Below, piece after piece: positions 1-9,522 of a stretch of 64,000 nucleotides of DNA (its first letter is position 1; each line of letters starts with the position of its first letter). This stretch comes from Chthoniobacteraceae bacterium (lineage in GTDB: Bacteria; Verrucomicrobiota; Verrucomicrobiia; Chthoniobacterales; Chthoniobacteraceae): positions 64,001 to 128,000 of the forward strand of contig JANNWY010000307.1 of the NCBI GenBank assembly GCA_031409335.1. The letters are read 5' to 3'. Position numbers and translations under genes: made by a program. The notes under the pieces are model-generated. The model saw only the letters and a program-made list of their open reading frames with translations, was not told the origin of the DNA and did no database searches.

Positions 1-2
1 TG

Positions 3-1955
3 AGTCTTTACGAAACCGGCACCACGACAGCATTCGCGACCAATGGCACCTATCCTCTTTTCGATTACGACACCGCATTTGCAGGTTCGCTCGCCAGCTT
101 TGCCATCGCCAATCCGCTTGCGGGAAAATCCTACACCGTCACAGACAACGCCGGCGCCACGGCGATCGAACTAACGATCGGCGATGCCGCGGTTTCAGAA
201 TGGAATGTAGCTATTGGCGGGAATTGGCCAACCGCTGGAAGCTGGCTTGGTGGTGTACCGAACGGAGTGGGTGCGGTGGCAAAGTTTGGTGCAGCCATCG
301 GCGGTCCTGCCAATGTGCAGATTGTCGGAGCGAAGACCGTGGGCGGCATCATCTTCGACAACGCGGAGAGTTATACGATTGCCGGCACCGATGCCCTCAC
401 GATCAATAACGGTGCGGCTTCCGGCAGCATCGTTGTGAACAACGGCAGCCATACCATTGCCACGCCCGTGGCGCTGGCGGTAAATACGACCGTCAATAGC
501 CTCGCCGGCACGACCCTGACCTTTGCCGGAGCAATGTCTGGGGCGAAAATCTTTACAGTTAATGGTGCAGGCACCGTCATCCTCACCGCTACGAATACCC
601 ATGCGAAAACCGTCATCGGCGGCGGCACGCTCCAGCTTGGCAATGGCGGCACCACCGGGAGCGTTCTGGGTGACATCAGCAATGCCGGAACGCTCGCGTT
701 TAACCGATCGGACGATCTCACTTTCTCGAACGTCATTTCCGGCACCGGCAATGTGCGGAAGGTCGGTGAAAACACGCTGACGTTCTCCGCGCCGAACACG
801 TATTCCGGCGGGACGATCGTCAGCGGCGGCGTCCTCGCGATCGGCAGCAATGCGAATCTCGGGGACGCGGCCGGCGGGCTCACGCTGGACAAGGACAGCT
901 TTTCCACCACCGCAGCGCTGTCGGTTTCGACCACGCTTTCGCTCGGGGCCCGGAGTATCGAGATCGGCGGCGGCGGCGGCGAATTTCAAGTCCCGACGGG
1001 AGTGACGCTCACCGCAAACGGCACGCTGAATGGCGCTGGTCTCTTCACGAAATCCGGCGCGGGCACGCTGGTCCTTTCCAACGCCGGCAACAGCCTCAGC
1101 GGCGACTTCGTCATCGCCGGCGGAACAGTCCTCGCCACTGCTGGCGGTGGCGGCGGCACGAGCACGCTCGGGCAGGCCGGCCTCGCCCGGACGATCACCG
1201 TGAATGGCGGCGCGACGCTGCAGTTCAACGCGCACGACACCTTTGGCAATCACGTCGCGAATCCGCAATTCACGCTCCACATCAAGGGCGGCACCGTGCT
1301 CAACGGCCCGGTGCCCGGATTCGCCGGCGCCTACACGACGCTCGGCCCGATCGCGCTGACGACTGGCACGCTCACCACGACCGGCGGCGCGAACGCGACT
1401 TTCCCCGCATTCCAGTTGAAGGGCGACCTCGTCTCGAACGGCGCGTCCGTCATCAACACGACCAGCACACCCGCCAGTTTCAACGGCATCCAAGTGACCG
1501 ATACGCGCACTTTCTCCGTCGAAACCGGATCGCTCACGGTCTCCGCACCGCTGGTGGATCGCTTCGACGGCGGCGCGTCGGAGATCGTGAAAACCGGCCC
1601 CGGCATCCTCAACCTCAACGGCGTGCAAACCTACGACGTGCTGACCACAAATGAAGGCACCACGAACCTCAACAGCGCGCTCGGCACCGGCGCATCGACG
1701 CTGAACGCCAACGCGACGACCAACATCAGCGTGAGCCAGACGCTGGCCGCGCTGAACATCGGCGACGGGGCCGTCGTGGCGCTGAGCAACCCGCCACCGC
1801 CAGCCCCGGCATTTGCCGCGGGCGATGATATCTTCGGGCAAACGGGTGAAGATTTTGCCGTTAGTGCGACACAGGCCGTGCCCGAACCGGGCGCAGCGGC
1901 GTTGCTGCTGAGCGCGCTTGCCATGCTTGTCGGTCCACGTCGGCGGAAGGCGTGA
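3..1955 (+). CDS. PEP-CTERM protein with autotransporter-associated beta-strand (PATR) repeats, 5'-truncated by the window edge
   Basis: Frame is open from base 3 (SLYETGTTTAF...). Contains repeated K-x-G-x-GTLxL..N motifs. C-terminus is VPEP + hydrophobic helix + RRRK. Confidence 0.92.
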   Translation, partial: SLYETGTTTAFATNGTYPLFDYDTAFAGSLASFAIANPLAGKSYTVTDNAGATAIELTIGDAAVSEWNVAIGGNWPTAGSWLGGVPNGVGAVAKFGAAIGGPANVQIVGAKTVGGIIFDNAESYTIAGTDALTINNGAASGSIVVNNGSHTIATPVALAVNTTVNSLAGTTLTFAGAMSGAKIFTVNGAGTVILTATNTHAKTVIGGGTLQLGNGGTTGSVLGDISNAGTLAFNRSDDLTFSNVISGTGNVRKVGENTLTFSAPNTYSGGTIVSGGVLAIGSNANLGDAAGGLTLDKDSFSTTAALSVSTTLSLGARSIEIGGGGGEFQVPTGVTLTANGTLNGAGLFTKSGAGTLVLSNAGNSLSGDFVIAGGTVLATAGGGGGTSTLGQAGLARTITVNGGATLQFNAHDTFGNHVANPQFTLHIKGGTVLNGPVPGFAGAYTTLGPIALTTGTLTTTGGANATFPAFQLKGDLVSNGASVINTTSTPASFNGIQVTDTRTFSVETGSLTVSAPLVDRFDGGASEIVKTGPGILNLNGVQTYDVLTTNEGTTNLNSALGTGASTLNANATTNISVSQTLAALNIGDGAVVALSNPPPPAPAFAAGDDIFGQTGEDFAVSATQAVPEPGAAALLLSALAMLVGPRRRKA

Positions 1956-2068
1956 ACCATCTCGTCGTCCGGGGAAGGACGGAGCGGCGGCATTCTTCTT
2001 GACGGGGGACTGCCGCTCTCAGTGGGGGAGAAACGAAAGCCGCGCGGTGGGGACCGCGCGGCTTTCAT
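1950..2068 (+). repeat. Conserved 3' structured element, copy 1 (three hairpins, the last terminator-like)
   Basis: Similar to 26928-27044 and 34759-34892. Stems: CGTCC/GGACG, GCGGCA/TGCCGC around TTCTTGACGGG, and GAAAGCCGCGCGGT/ACCGCGCGGCTTTC (2035-2066). Confidence 0.85.
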
Positions 2069-2392
2069 TCACTGATCTCAGAGTGAAGCACTCGCGCGGA
2101 GAAAAGGAGGCGGGCAATATTCAAACTGCGTTGCCCGAAGATATCCGTGAGCGCGGTCGTCGTCCACAGCCGGCCCTTTTGGTCGAAGTTCAGGCACACC
2201 AATTTCGAGCGGGTTGGTCGCGGTGAGCGCGGGGTTTTGCGCCAGCCAGTTGGTGTAGGTGACGGTTTCGGTCGGGATTCGCTTTCGCATCCGGCTGAAC
2301 GTCCGTAGTTCAGAATGCGGACAGGCTTTAGGGATTTGGGGACGGGACAACTTTGTGGCAGCATGATCCTACAGCGGCGCTTTACCGGCCAG

Positions 2393-2429
2393 ACCCCCAA
2401 TCGGGTGTCCCCCACCCCCCGATCGGGTG
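2393..2429 (-). promoter_or_regulatory. Two copies of a candidate response-regulator box (CACCCGATYGGGGG on the minus strand), 22 bp apart
   Basis: acccccaatcgggtg and accccccgatcgggtg are reverse-complement matches to the 16-mer at 4771 and 9560. Confidence 0.55.
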
Positions 2430-2466
2430 CCTTGGTTTGCGCGAGCCGCCGTGGTAGAGTGCGCCT

Positions 2467-4002
2467 GTGCAGTTGTTCAAATCCACATCCATCGGTCGCC
2501 CGTTTGTCGCCAAGGCATGTGGCGCGGTCCAACAACGATGGTGGCCACGGGGGCTCGCAGCGCTGCTTATCGTATGGCTTCTCTTTGGCTGGTGCGGTCT
2601 GGCCGCGCTGCCGCAGGCTACAGACGGCAACGCACAAACAAGTCGGCCAGCCAGCCGGGATTCGAAGGGCGCGCTGGATGCAACATGGGGCGTCGGTCCG
2701 TGGATCTGGGCGTCGGAGACGCACGACAAGCAGACCTGTCGCTTGTGGCGGTCTTTTGAGATTCCCAGAGAGTCACCAGTCGCGCGGGCACTTTTGCGAA
2801 TCTCGGTGGACAACGGTTACCGGTTGATGCTGGACGGACGTGAGTTGGGCACCGGCAGCGATTGGCGCAGCATCACCGAATACGACATCGGCCTTTTGTT
2901 GGCTTCCGGGTGGCACGTGTTGGCGGTGGAGGCGTTCAATGACAATCGCGAGGCCGGCATGCAGTTCGGCCTGAAGATCGAATTGATGGATGGACGGGTG
3001 ATCGAGATTCCCTCCGACTCGAACTGGCGCATCGCGCCGGCGGAGGAGCGCGGCTGGGAAAGCAAGCGCGAGGCGCCGCCGCACTGGGGCAAGGCCGTGG
3101 AGATGAGCACGCTCTTGCCGAGGCTGGGGAATTGGCAGGAACGCAAACCCACCATGGTCGTGAAGGTGCCGATCCTGCTGCCGGTGGAACTGCAATTCTG
3201 GCAGCGCGGTTGGTTCCAGGCGGCGCTGTTGAGCGTCGTCGTCGCCGCCGTGCTGGTGTGTCTGCGATTGATGGCGCAGTTGGCCGTGCAGTCCAAGGCG
3301 CAGGCGATGCTCCAGCGCGAGCGGGCGCGGATCGCGCGCGATATTCACGACGAACTCGGCGCGCGGCTGACCGAGCTGGCGCTCGAAGGAGAAGTCGCGC
3401 AAACCGAATTGCCCGCCGGATCTGACGCGCGCGCCCGGCTCGATGCACTTTCCGAGAAGGCACGTGCGCTGTCCGGGGCGATGGACGAAGTCGTCTGGAT
3501 GGTCAATTCGCGGCGCGATACGCTCCGCGATTTCGCCACCTACGCCTGCAAGCACGCGCGGCGTTTTCTGGAGCCGACACCGATCCGCTGCCGGCTGGAT
3601 GTGGAGGCCGACCTGCCGGAGGTAATGTTTGAATTGCCGGTGCGGCGCAACCTGCTCCTCGCGGTGAAGGAGGCGCTCAACAACGCCGCCAAATATTCCG
3701 GGGCGACGGAACTCTTTCTGCGCGTCCACCGGATCGGCAAGACCGTGCGCGTGGTGGTCGAGGACAATGGCCGGGGCTTTGACCCGGAACTGGCGGACCC
3801 CGCGCGCAACGGACTGACTAACATGGCTCACCGCATGCAGGAAATCGGTGGCGAGTGCCGGATCATCAGCAAAGCAGGCGGTGGCTGCCGGGTGGAATTC
3901 CAGGTGCCGCTGCCCAATGCCTCCAGGCAGGCTGACCAACCGGCGATGCGTCTCCTCGAGGCGCAGGAGGTTTCGCCCGCCGCAGGGGAGGTCTCCACAT
4001 GA
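2467..4002 (+). CDS. Sensor histidine kinase (HisKA_3/NarX type) with an extracytoplasmic sugar-binding-like beta-sandwich
   Basis: ERARIARDIHDELG H-box, EALNNAAKYS N-box, EDNGRGF and NGLTNM G-boxes. N-terminal WIW..ISVDN..LAVEA..SDSNWR resembles the alpha-L-rhamnosidase N-terminal domain. Start codon uncertain. Confidence 0.92.
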   Translation: MQLFKSTSIGRPFVAKACGAVQQRWWPRGLAALLIVWLLFGWCGLAALPQATDGNAQTSRPASRDSKGALDATWGVGPWIWASETHDKQTCRLWRSFEIPRESPVARALLRISVDNGYRLMLDGRELGTGSDWRSITEYDIGLLLASGWHVLAVEAFNDNREAGMQFGLKIELMDGRVIEIPSDSNWRIAPAEERGWESKREAPPHWGKAVEMSTLLPRLGNWQERKPTMVVKVPILLPVELQFWQRGWFQAALLSVVVAAVLVCLRLMAQLAVQSKAQAMLQRERARIARDIHDELGARLTELALEGEVAQTELPAGSDARARLDALSEKARALSGAMDEVVWMVNSRRDTLRDFATYACKHARRFLEPTPIRCRLDVEADLPEVMFELPVRRNLLLAVKEALNNAAKYSGATELFLRVHRIGKTVRVVVEDNGRGFDPELADPARNGLTNMAHRMQEIGGECRIISKAGGGCRVEFQVPLPNASRQADQPAMRLLEAQEVSPAAGEVST

Positions 4003-4676
4003 TGACGCCAGCTCCATCGTCCTCCGGTGCCGTGGCCAAAGCGCCGCTCCGTGTGGCGCTCGTGGAAGACCAGCGCGACACCCGCGAAAGCTGGAGCCGA
4101 TTGATTTCATCGTTCCCAGACTTCACCTGCGTCTGCGCCTGCGCGAGCGGGGAGGAAGCCGTGCGGGTGATTCCCGGAGCGAAACCGGACGTGATCTTGA
4201 TGGACATCTTCCTTCCCCGCATGTCCGGCATCGAATGCACGTTCCGGCTCAAGGTCCTCCTGCCCCACACACCTATCGTCATGCTCACGGCCCACGATGA
4301 GGACGAGATGGTTTTTCTCGCGCTGGAGTCCGGCGCGAACGGCTACCTGCTCAAGCGCACCAAGCCAGCGGACTTGCGGGCGTCGTTGCTGGACGTGCTC
4401 AGCGGCGGCGCGCCCATGACCAGCGAGATCGCCCGTCGCGTGATCGAGTCCTTCCGCAAGAAGGGGCCGCGCCGGGACGAATCCGTGAGCCTGACCGCGC
4501 GCGAGGAGGAGGCCGTGGTGCTGCTGACCAAGGGATACTCGAACAAGGAGATCGCCGATCATCTGAACCTGAGCATCGAGACGGTGCGCAGCCATCTGAA
4601 GCACGTTTACGAGAAGCTGCACGTCCGCTCGCGGGCGGAAGCCGTGGCGCACTACATGTCCAAGCGGATGGAATGA
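3999..4676 (+). CDS. NarL/LuxR-family DNA-binding response regulator
   Basis: Receiver motifs ALVED, DVILMDI and GYLLK. HTH LTAREEE..GYSNKEIA..LSIETVRSH. ATGA overlap with the kinase. Confidence 0.96.
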   Translation: MMTPAPSSSGAVAKAPLRVALVEDQRDTRESWSRLISSFPDFTCVCACASGEEAVRVIPGAKPDVILMDIFLPRMSGIECTFRLKVLLPHTPIVMLTAHDEDEMVFLALESGANGYLLKRTKPADLRASLLDVLSGGAPMTSEIARRVIESFRKKGPRRDESVSLTAREEEAVVLLTKGYSNKEIADHLNLSIETVRSHLKHVYEKLHVRSRAEAVAHYMSKRME

Positions 4677-4732
4677 GATGGCGTGGGGTGGCTATTTGGC
4701 GATGGCGTCTTAGCCTGACTGACCTGCCGTTG

Positions 4733-4786
4733 CGATCTCGGAAATCTGGTTCTTGAGCTTCCCGCGGGCTCACCCGGTTGGGGGAT
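4733..4786 (+). promoter_or_regulatory. Conserved upstream block, copy 1, ending in CACCCGGTTGGGGGAT
   Basis: About 55 bp similar to 9523-9575; the last 16 bp are identical. Confidence 0.65.
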
Positions 4787-4850
4787 TGTGGGGAAGCGCC
4801 ACCATGGTCCATCTTCCGTCCCATTTCACAAAGCCATAGCCGCCCCCACC

Positions 4851-7800
4851 ATGAACTACGCCCCATCGTCCAAGCCCGCCATCCTCGCCCGCAGCATCGC
4901 CGCGCTTCTCGTTGCCACCGTCCTGCACCACCACGAAGCCCGCGCCGCCGACGGCACCTGGCTCGGCAACTCCGGCAACTGGTCGGACAACACTGCGCTC
5001 CCCACGTCGGTCTGGTCCGGTGGAACCATCGCCGACGGCGCCGACTTCACGGCCTTCTTCACCGGCGTGGACATCGCGGTCGATCAGGCGATCACCCTGG
5101 ATACCGCCCGCACGATCGGCAATATCACCTTCACCGACGCCACCACAGCTTCCAACAACCTGACCATCAGCGGCGCTAACACGCTGACTCTTGATGTCAC
5201 GACCGGTTCGCCGGTGATCAATGTCACCAATCAGGCTCTCACGATCAGCAGCGTGATCGATGGCACCGACGGTCTGCTCAAAGACGGAGCCGGCAGCCTC
5301 TCGCTCCAGGGTGCGAACATCTTCACTGGCGGGCTGACCATCCGGAATGGCACCGTCAATGCCCAGATCGTTCCCACATCGCTCAGCTCGGGCATGGTCA
5401 CGATGGGTGGGGCGGGCTCGTCTGGTGCCTCGGTGATCAGCGGTCAGGCTTTGGGGAATGCCTTCATCATCAAAGCCCCCGACAGCGGCGTGATCAGCGT
5501 TGGGAGCAACAGTGGTGGCTCTGGCCCAACTTTCAGCGGGGCCTTCACCCTGAATGGAAATCTGACCCTCAACTCACCGGCGTTCACCACTGGCACCACG
5601 ACCTTGAGTGGCGGCTTGACGGGGACCGGCAACCTGACCGTGAACAACGCCGGCACCACCTCCCCGATGGTCGTCAGCACGGCGGCCCTCGACCACATTG
5701 GCAGCATCACGGTGCAGGGGGCCTCCACCGGAGCCACGACGATCAGCGCCGCCATCGGTGCGAATGTCACCGGCATTACCAAGACCAGCACCGGCACGCT
5801 CACCCTCTCCGGCACGAACAGCTACACGGGCAGCACGACCATCAGCACCGGCACGCTCTCTCTGGGCAACACGAGTGCCTTGGGCGGCACGAGTGCGATT
5901 ACGCTGGCCGGTGGGACCACGCTGGCCAGCACCTTGGATGGCATTTCCATCAGTGCGCCGATCACCCTGGGTAACAGCGGCACCACCTCCACGATCATCG
6001 CCCCCAATGACGGGGTGGGCGGCAACACCCGCACCCTGACCCTCAACGGGGCGATCGGCGGGGCCGGCAATTTGACCCTGAGCGCCAACACCAACACCAA
6101 CACCAACGCGACGATCATTCTCAACGCGGCGGGCACTTACACCGGCAGCACGCTGCTGACGACCACCAATGTCAACGTCAACTCCTTTACGCGGCTCGGG
6201 GTCAACAATGCCCTGCCGACGACCACGGTGCTGACGATCGGTGGGACCAACGGAACCGGTACCGGCCGGTTTATTGACTTCAATCTGAACGGGAGGGACC
6301 AGACCCTCGCCGGTTTGACAAATACCACCGGCTTATACAGCAGGACGCAACGGATCTACAGCAGCACGGCCGCAACCCTGACGATCAACAACGCCACCAA
6401 CAACAACTTCTCGGGCCGAATCGGCCTGAACGGCACGAACCTCAGCCTGACTAAATCGGGCGCCGGCACTCTGACCCTTGGCGGAGCCAATTCTTATATC
6501 GGCGCGACCACCGTCAACGGCGGCGCGCTGGTCCTGGACTTCAGCCAGACTGGCAGCATCCTGACCAATACGCCGGGCAACTATATCGCTGCCGCCTCGA
6601 CACTCACCCTCGGTGGCACAAGCTTCAGCGTGACTGGCCGGGCCAATGGCAGTGCCGTCGCGTCCACTGCGTGGACAGCGACCGCGGCAACCAACGTCGC
6701 CAGAATCACCTTCACGACCCTGCCGACCGGGCTCGTGGTGGGTCAGGCGATCGCGGGAACAAATCTTGGCGCAGCGACCTATATAGTTGCCGTCAGTGGC
6801 AACAATGTGATTGTCAACGGGAATGTCTCGGCGACCAGTGGCACTTTTTCCACCGCTGCCACCTCGGTCACCACCAGCCAGACCTTTGCCAGCACGACCC
6901 TGAATGCGGGGGCGTCGGCGCTGAGCATCAATGCCAACGGCGGCGATGGCACGCGCCTGGCGCTCAATGCCATCACCCGCAACGTCGGCGGCACGGTGAA
7001 CTTTACCCAGCCGGGGGGAACGATCAGCGCAACCAACGGCTTCACGACCACCACTCCGAATACCGACGGCATCCTCGGCGGCTGGGCCACGGTGGGTGGC
7101 ACCGATTGGGCCACGAATGACGGCACGAACATCGTGGCCTTGGGTGCGGGCTCCTACACCTTGACGAGTGTTGCCGGCACCACGATGGCCAACTACAGCG
7201 GAGCCAATATCGATGTGGACAACAGCGCCGGTCTCGTGAGTGGCGTGATCGCCCCCAACACCCTGCGCTTTAATGCGGCCTCCGCCAACACCGTGACCCT
7301 GGCGGCGGGCACCAGCACGATCACCTCCGGTGGCATCGTCGTCAGCAGCAATGTCGGCAACAATCTGTCCACCATCACCGGTGGCACGCTCCAGGGTGCC
7401 AGTGGCCAAGATCTGATTGTCAACCAGCATAACTCCGGCAACGGCCTGACCATTGCCTCAGTCATTGACGACAACACGACGGCGACCGGCCTGACCAAGA
7501 CGGGGGCCGGCCTGCTCACCCTCTCCGGTGCCAATAACTATACCGGTGCGACGACCCTCAGTGCCGGAACCCTCAGCGTGGACGTGACCGGCAACCTGGG
7601 CGCTGCGGCATCCAATCTCGTCTTCGCCGGCGGCACGCTCCAAGTCACGGGCACGACGCTGACCAGCATCTCCGGCATCGGCCACACGGTTTCCTTTAAC
7701 GCCGATAAGACCGTGGGCCTGGAGATCGCCGAGGCCGCCAACACCTTCACCGTGGATCAAGTGCTCAACCAGACCACGGGCGGGTTCAGCAAACTCGGAG

Positions 7801-9131
7801 CGGGCACGGCGATCCTGGATCAAGCCAACACCTACACGGGGACCACCACGGTCAGTGGCGGCACCTTGAAACTGACCGGCAACCGGACGGCCAACGCCGG
7901 AGCGATCAGTGTGATCTCCGGTGCCCTCATCGAGATCAGCCATGGCACCTTCTCGCTGGCGGGCAATACCTTGAGCGTCGGCAGCCTCTCAGGCACGAGC
8001 ACGCTCAAGCAAAACGGAGGAAATATCTCATTTGCCTCCGGTGCCCAAGTGCTCGTCGGGAGTGGAGCAGGCGATGGCGTTTACGAACTCAGCGCGGGAA
8101 CGCTAGCCACCGCCGCCGTAACCAGTCGCGGGGTCATTTTGGGTGTGAATGCGGGTCGAACTGGCACCTTCAATTTGAGCAGCACCGGAGCCCTGAACAT
8201 GGCCGCGACCTCGGTCTTGCAAATTGGCCGTTCCGAGAACACGGCAGCCACCGGCACCACGGGTATTTTCAACCAAACCGGCGGCACGGCCACGGTCGGA
8301 GAACTGCGAATCGGTGGACAGAATTTCGCCAACAACGCCGACACCACCGCTACGCTGAATCTCTCCGGCGGCACGTTCTCCGCCGTCACCTTCACCAACC
8401 TGTCGCAAGGCGATACCAGTAACTCTACGATCAACATCAGTGGCACGGCCGATGTGACGCTCCCGGCTTTCCCTACGGCGCGCGGCAGCAGCTCGACCGC
8501 GACCATCACCTTCGACGGTGGCACCCTGAAGCCGAGAGTGGCGAGCGCAACCTACTTGGGCGGACTGACCGATGCCTTCATCAAGGCCGGTGGGGCCAGG
8601 ATTGATACGACTAACGGCAGTATCACCATCACCCAGGATCTGCTGACGGATGCGGTATCGACTGGCGGTGGGCTGACTAAAGCTGGCAGCAACGCGCTGA
8701 CTCTTGCTGGCACGAACACTTACACGGGCGCGACCAATGTGAACGCTGGCACGCTCAATATCGGCGGAACCCTCGGAGCGGGCGCGAATGTCATCAATGC
8801 CAACGCCGGCATGACCAATATCAGCGTCAGCCAGACGCTCGGTGCCGTGAACATCGCGGACGGAGCCGTGGTCACGCTGACCTCCGTCGCGCCGTCGCCT
8901 GCGGAAGGTGAAGCTGCCGCAGCCTTCGATGGCTTCGAGGCATTCGGCGCGGAACTCGGCACCGAGGGCAATGCCTCAGGCGTGGCCGCAGTGCCCGAGC
9001 CGGGTTCGATCTCCCTTCTGCTATTCGGGGCGCTCGGCCTGTTCGGTGGGCGTCGCCGCCGGGCCTGCGCGGAATCACTTTTTCGAGGTTTCTTGACGGG
9101 TGCCTCGGAATCACTGGCCCGCGATTCTTAA
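4851..9131 (+). CDS. Large PEP-CTERM protein with PATR repeats
   Basis: Signal peptide MNYAPSSKPAILARSIAALL..ARA. Many LTKxGxGxLTLxGxNxYxG repeats. VPEP-TM-RRRR followed by an atypical ~22-aa extension. Confidence 0.93.
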   Translation: MNYAPSSKPAILARSIAALLVATVLHHHEARAADGTWLGNSGNWSDNTALPTSVWSGGTIADGADFTAFFTGVDIAVDQAITLDTARTIGNITFTDATTASNNLTISGANTLTLDVTTGSPVINVTNQALTISSVIDGTDGLLKDGAGSLSLQGANIFTGGLTIRNGTVNAQIVPTSLSSGMVTMGGAGSSGASVISGQALGNAFIIKAPDSGVISVGSNSGGSGPTFSGAFTLNGNLTLNSPAFTTGTTTLSGGLTGTGNLTVNNAGTTSPMVVSTAALDHIGSITVQGASTGATTISAAIGANVTGITKTSTGTLTLSGTNSYTGSTTISTGTLSLGNTSALGGTSAITLAGGTTLASTLDGISISAPITLGNSGTTSTIIAPNDGVGGNTRTLTLNGAIGGAGNLTLSANTNTNTNATIILNAAGTYTGSTLLTTTNVNVNSFTRLGVNNALPTTTVLTIGGTNGTGTGRFIDFNLNGRDQTLAGLTNTTGLYSRTQRIYSSTAATLTINNATNNNFSGRIGLNGTNLSLTKSGAGTLTLGGANSYIGATTVNGGALVLDFSQTGSILTNTPGNYIAAASTLTLGGTSFSVTGRANGSAVASTAWTATAATNVARITFTTLPTGLVVGQAIAGTNLGAATYIVAVSGNNVIVNGNVSATSGTFSTAATSVTTSQTFASTTLNAGASALSINANGGDGTRLALNAITRNVGGTVNFTQPGGTISATNGFTTTTPNTDGILGGWATVGGTDWATNDGTNIVALGAGSYTLTSVAGTTMANYSGANIDVDNSAGLVSGVIAPNTLRFNAASANTVTLAAGTSTITSGGIVVSSNVGNNLSTITGGTLQGASGQDLIVNQHNSGNGLTIASVIDDNTTATGLTKTGAGLLTLSGANNYTGATTLSAGTLSVDVTGNLGAAASNLVFAGGTLQVTGTTLTSISGIGHTVSFNADKTVGLEIAEAANTFTVDQVLNQTTGGFSKLGAGTAILDQANTYTGTTTVSGGTLKLTGNRTANAGAISVISGALIEISHGTFSLAGNTLSVGSLSGTSTLKQNGGNISFASGAQVLVGSGAGDGVYELSAGTLATAAVTSRGVILGVNAGRTGTFNLSSTGALNMAATSVLQIGRSENTAATGTTGIFNQTGGTATVGELRIGGQNFANNADTTATLNLSGGTFSAVTFTNLSQGDTSNSTINISGTADVTLPAFPTARGSSSTATITFDGGTLKPRVASATYLGGLTDAFIKAGGARIDTTNGSITITQDLLTDAVSTGGGLTKAGSNALTLAGTNTYTGATNVNAGTLNIGGTLGAGANVINANAGMTNISVSQTLGAVNIADGAVVTLTSVAPSPAEGEAAAAFDGFEAFGAELGTEGNASGVAAVPEPGSISLLLFGALGLFGGRRRRACAESLFRGFLTGASESLARDS
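9070..9115 (+). repeat. Divergent copy of the TTCTTGACGGG hairpin, flanked by a 10-bp direct repeat CGGAATCACT
   Basis: TTCGAGG-TTTCTTGACGGGTG-CCTCGGAA stem-loop. CGGAATCACT at 9070-9079 and 9106-9115. Confidence 0.55.
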
Positions 9132-9302
9132 CTGGGATTCGGGTCAGTCGGGGAGCGGGTCGAAGTCGTGATGCATAGCGCCTTCACTCGCAGTGCAGTG
9201 GCAGGGCCGTTGGGGAACGGCTCCGCCACTTTCCGGTCGAATTTTGCCGGTGGCGTCACGCCGTTGTCGGCAGATGACATCTATCCTAAACCCGGCAATG
9301 GA

Positions 9303-9428
9303 ACCCGCGAAAAACGCGAAAGACACGAAAAATGAGGTGTTTTGGACGATTGCTCAACTCATCCGGCGGGTGAATTCCGCCAACCTCACAACCTCTTCAT
9401 TTCGCGTCCTTTCGCTTGTTTCGCGGGC
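9303..9428. repeat. Intergenic inverted element made of 9-mer repeats (CGCGAAAAA/CACGAAA type)
   Basis: cccgcgaaaaacgcgaaagacacgaaaaatgagg pairs imperfectly with tcttcatttcgcgtcctttcgcttgtttcgcggg. Confidence 0.7.
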
Positions 9429-9522
9429 CATCCGATCACGTTTTTACGTTTGTCGTTCCGGGCTTCTCGGGTCTGGGGTGGATTGCTGCCGAAGTTTTCT
9501 GGAGGGGACAGATCTGCCGTTC

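Noticed and set aside
1996..2030. TTGACG in the 3' element as a sigma-70 -35 box
   Set aside because: No -10-like hexamer at about 17 bp in any of the four copies, and a terminator-like hairpin follows in copies 1-3.
1950..2075. 3' element as an integron attC site (stop-overlapping ..GAAC followed by palindromes)
   Set aside because: The left end is not RYYYAAC, there is no consistent GTTRRRY right end, it folds as three local hairpins rather than one, and no integrase is present.
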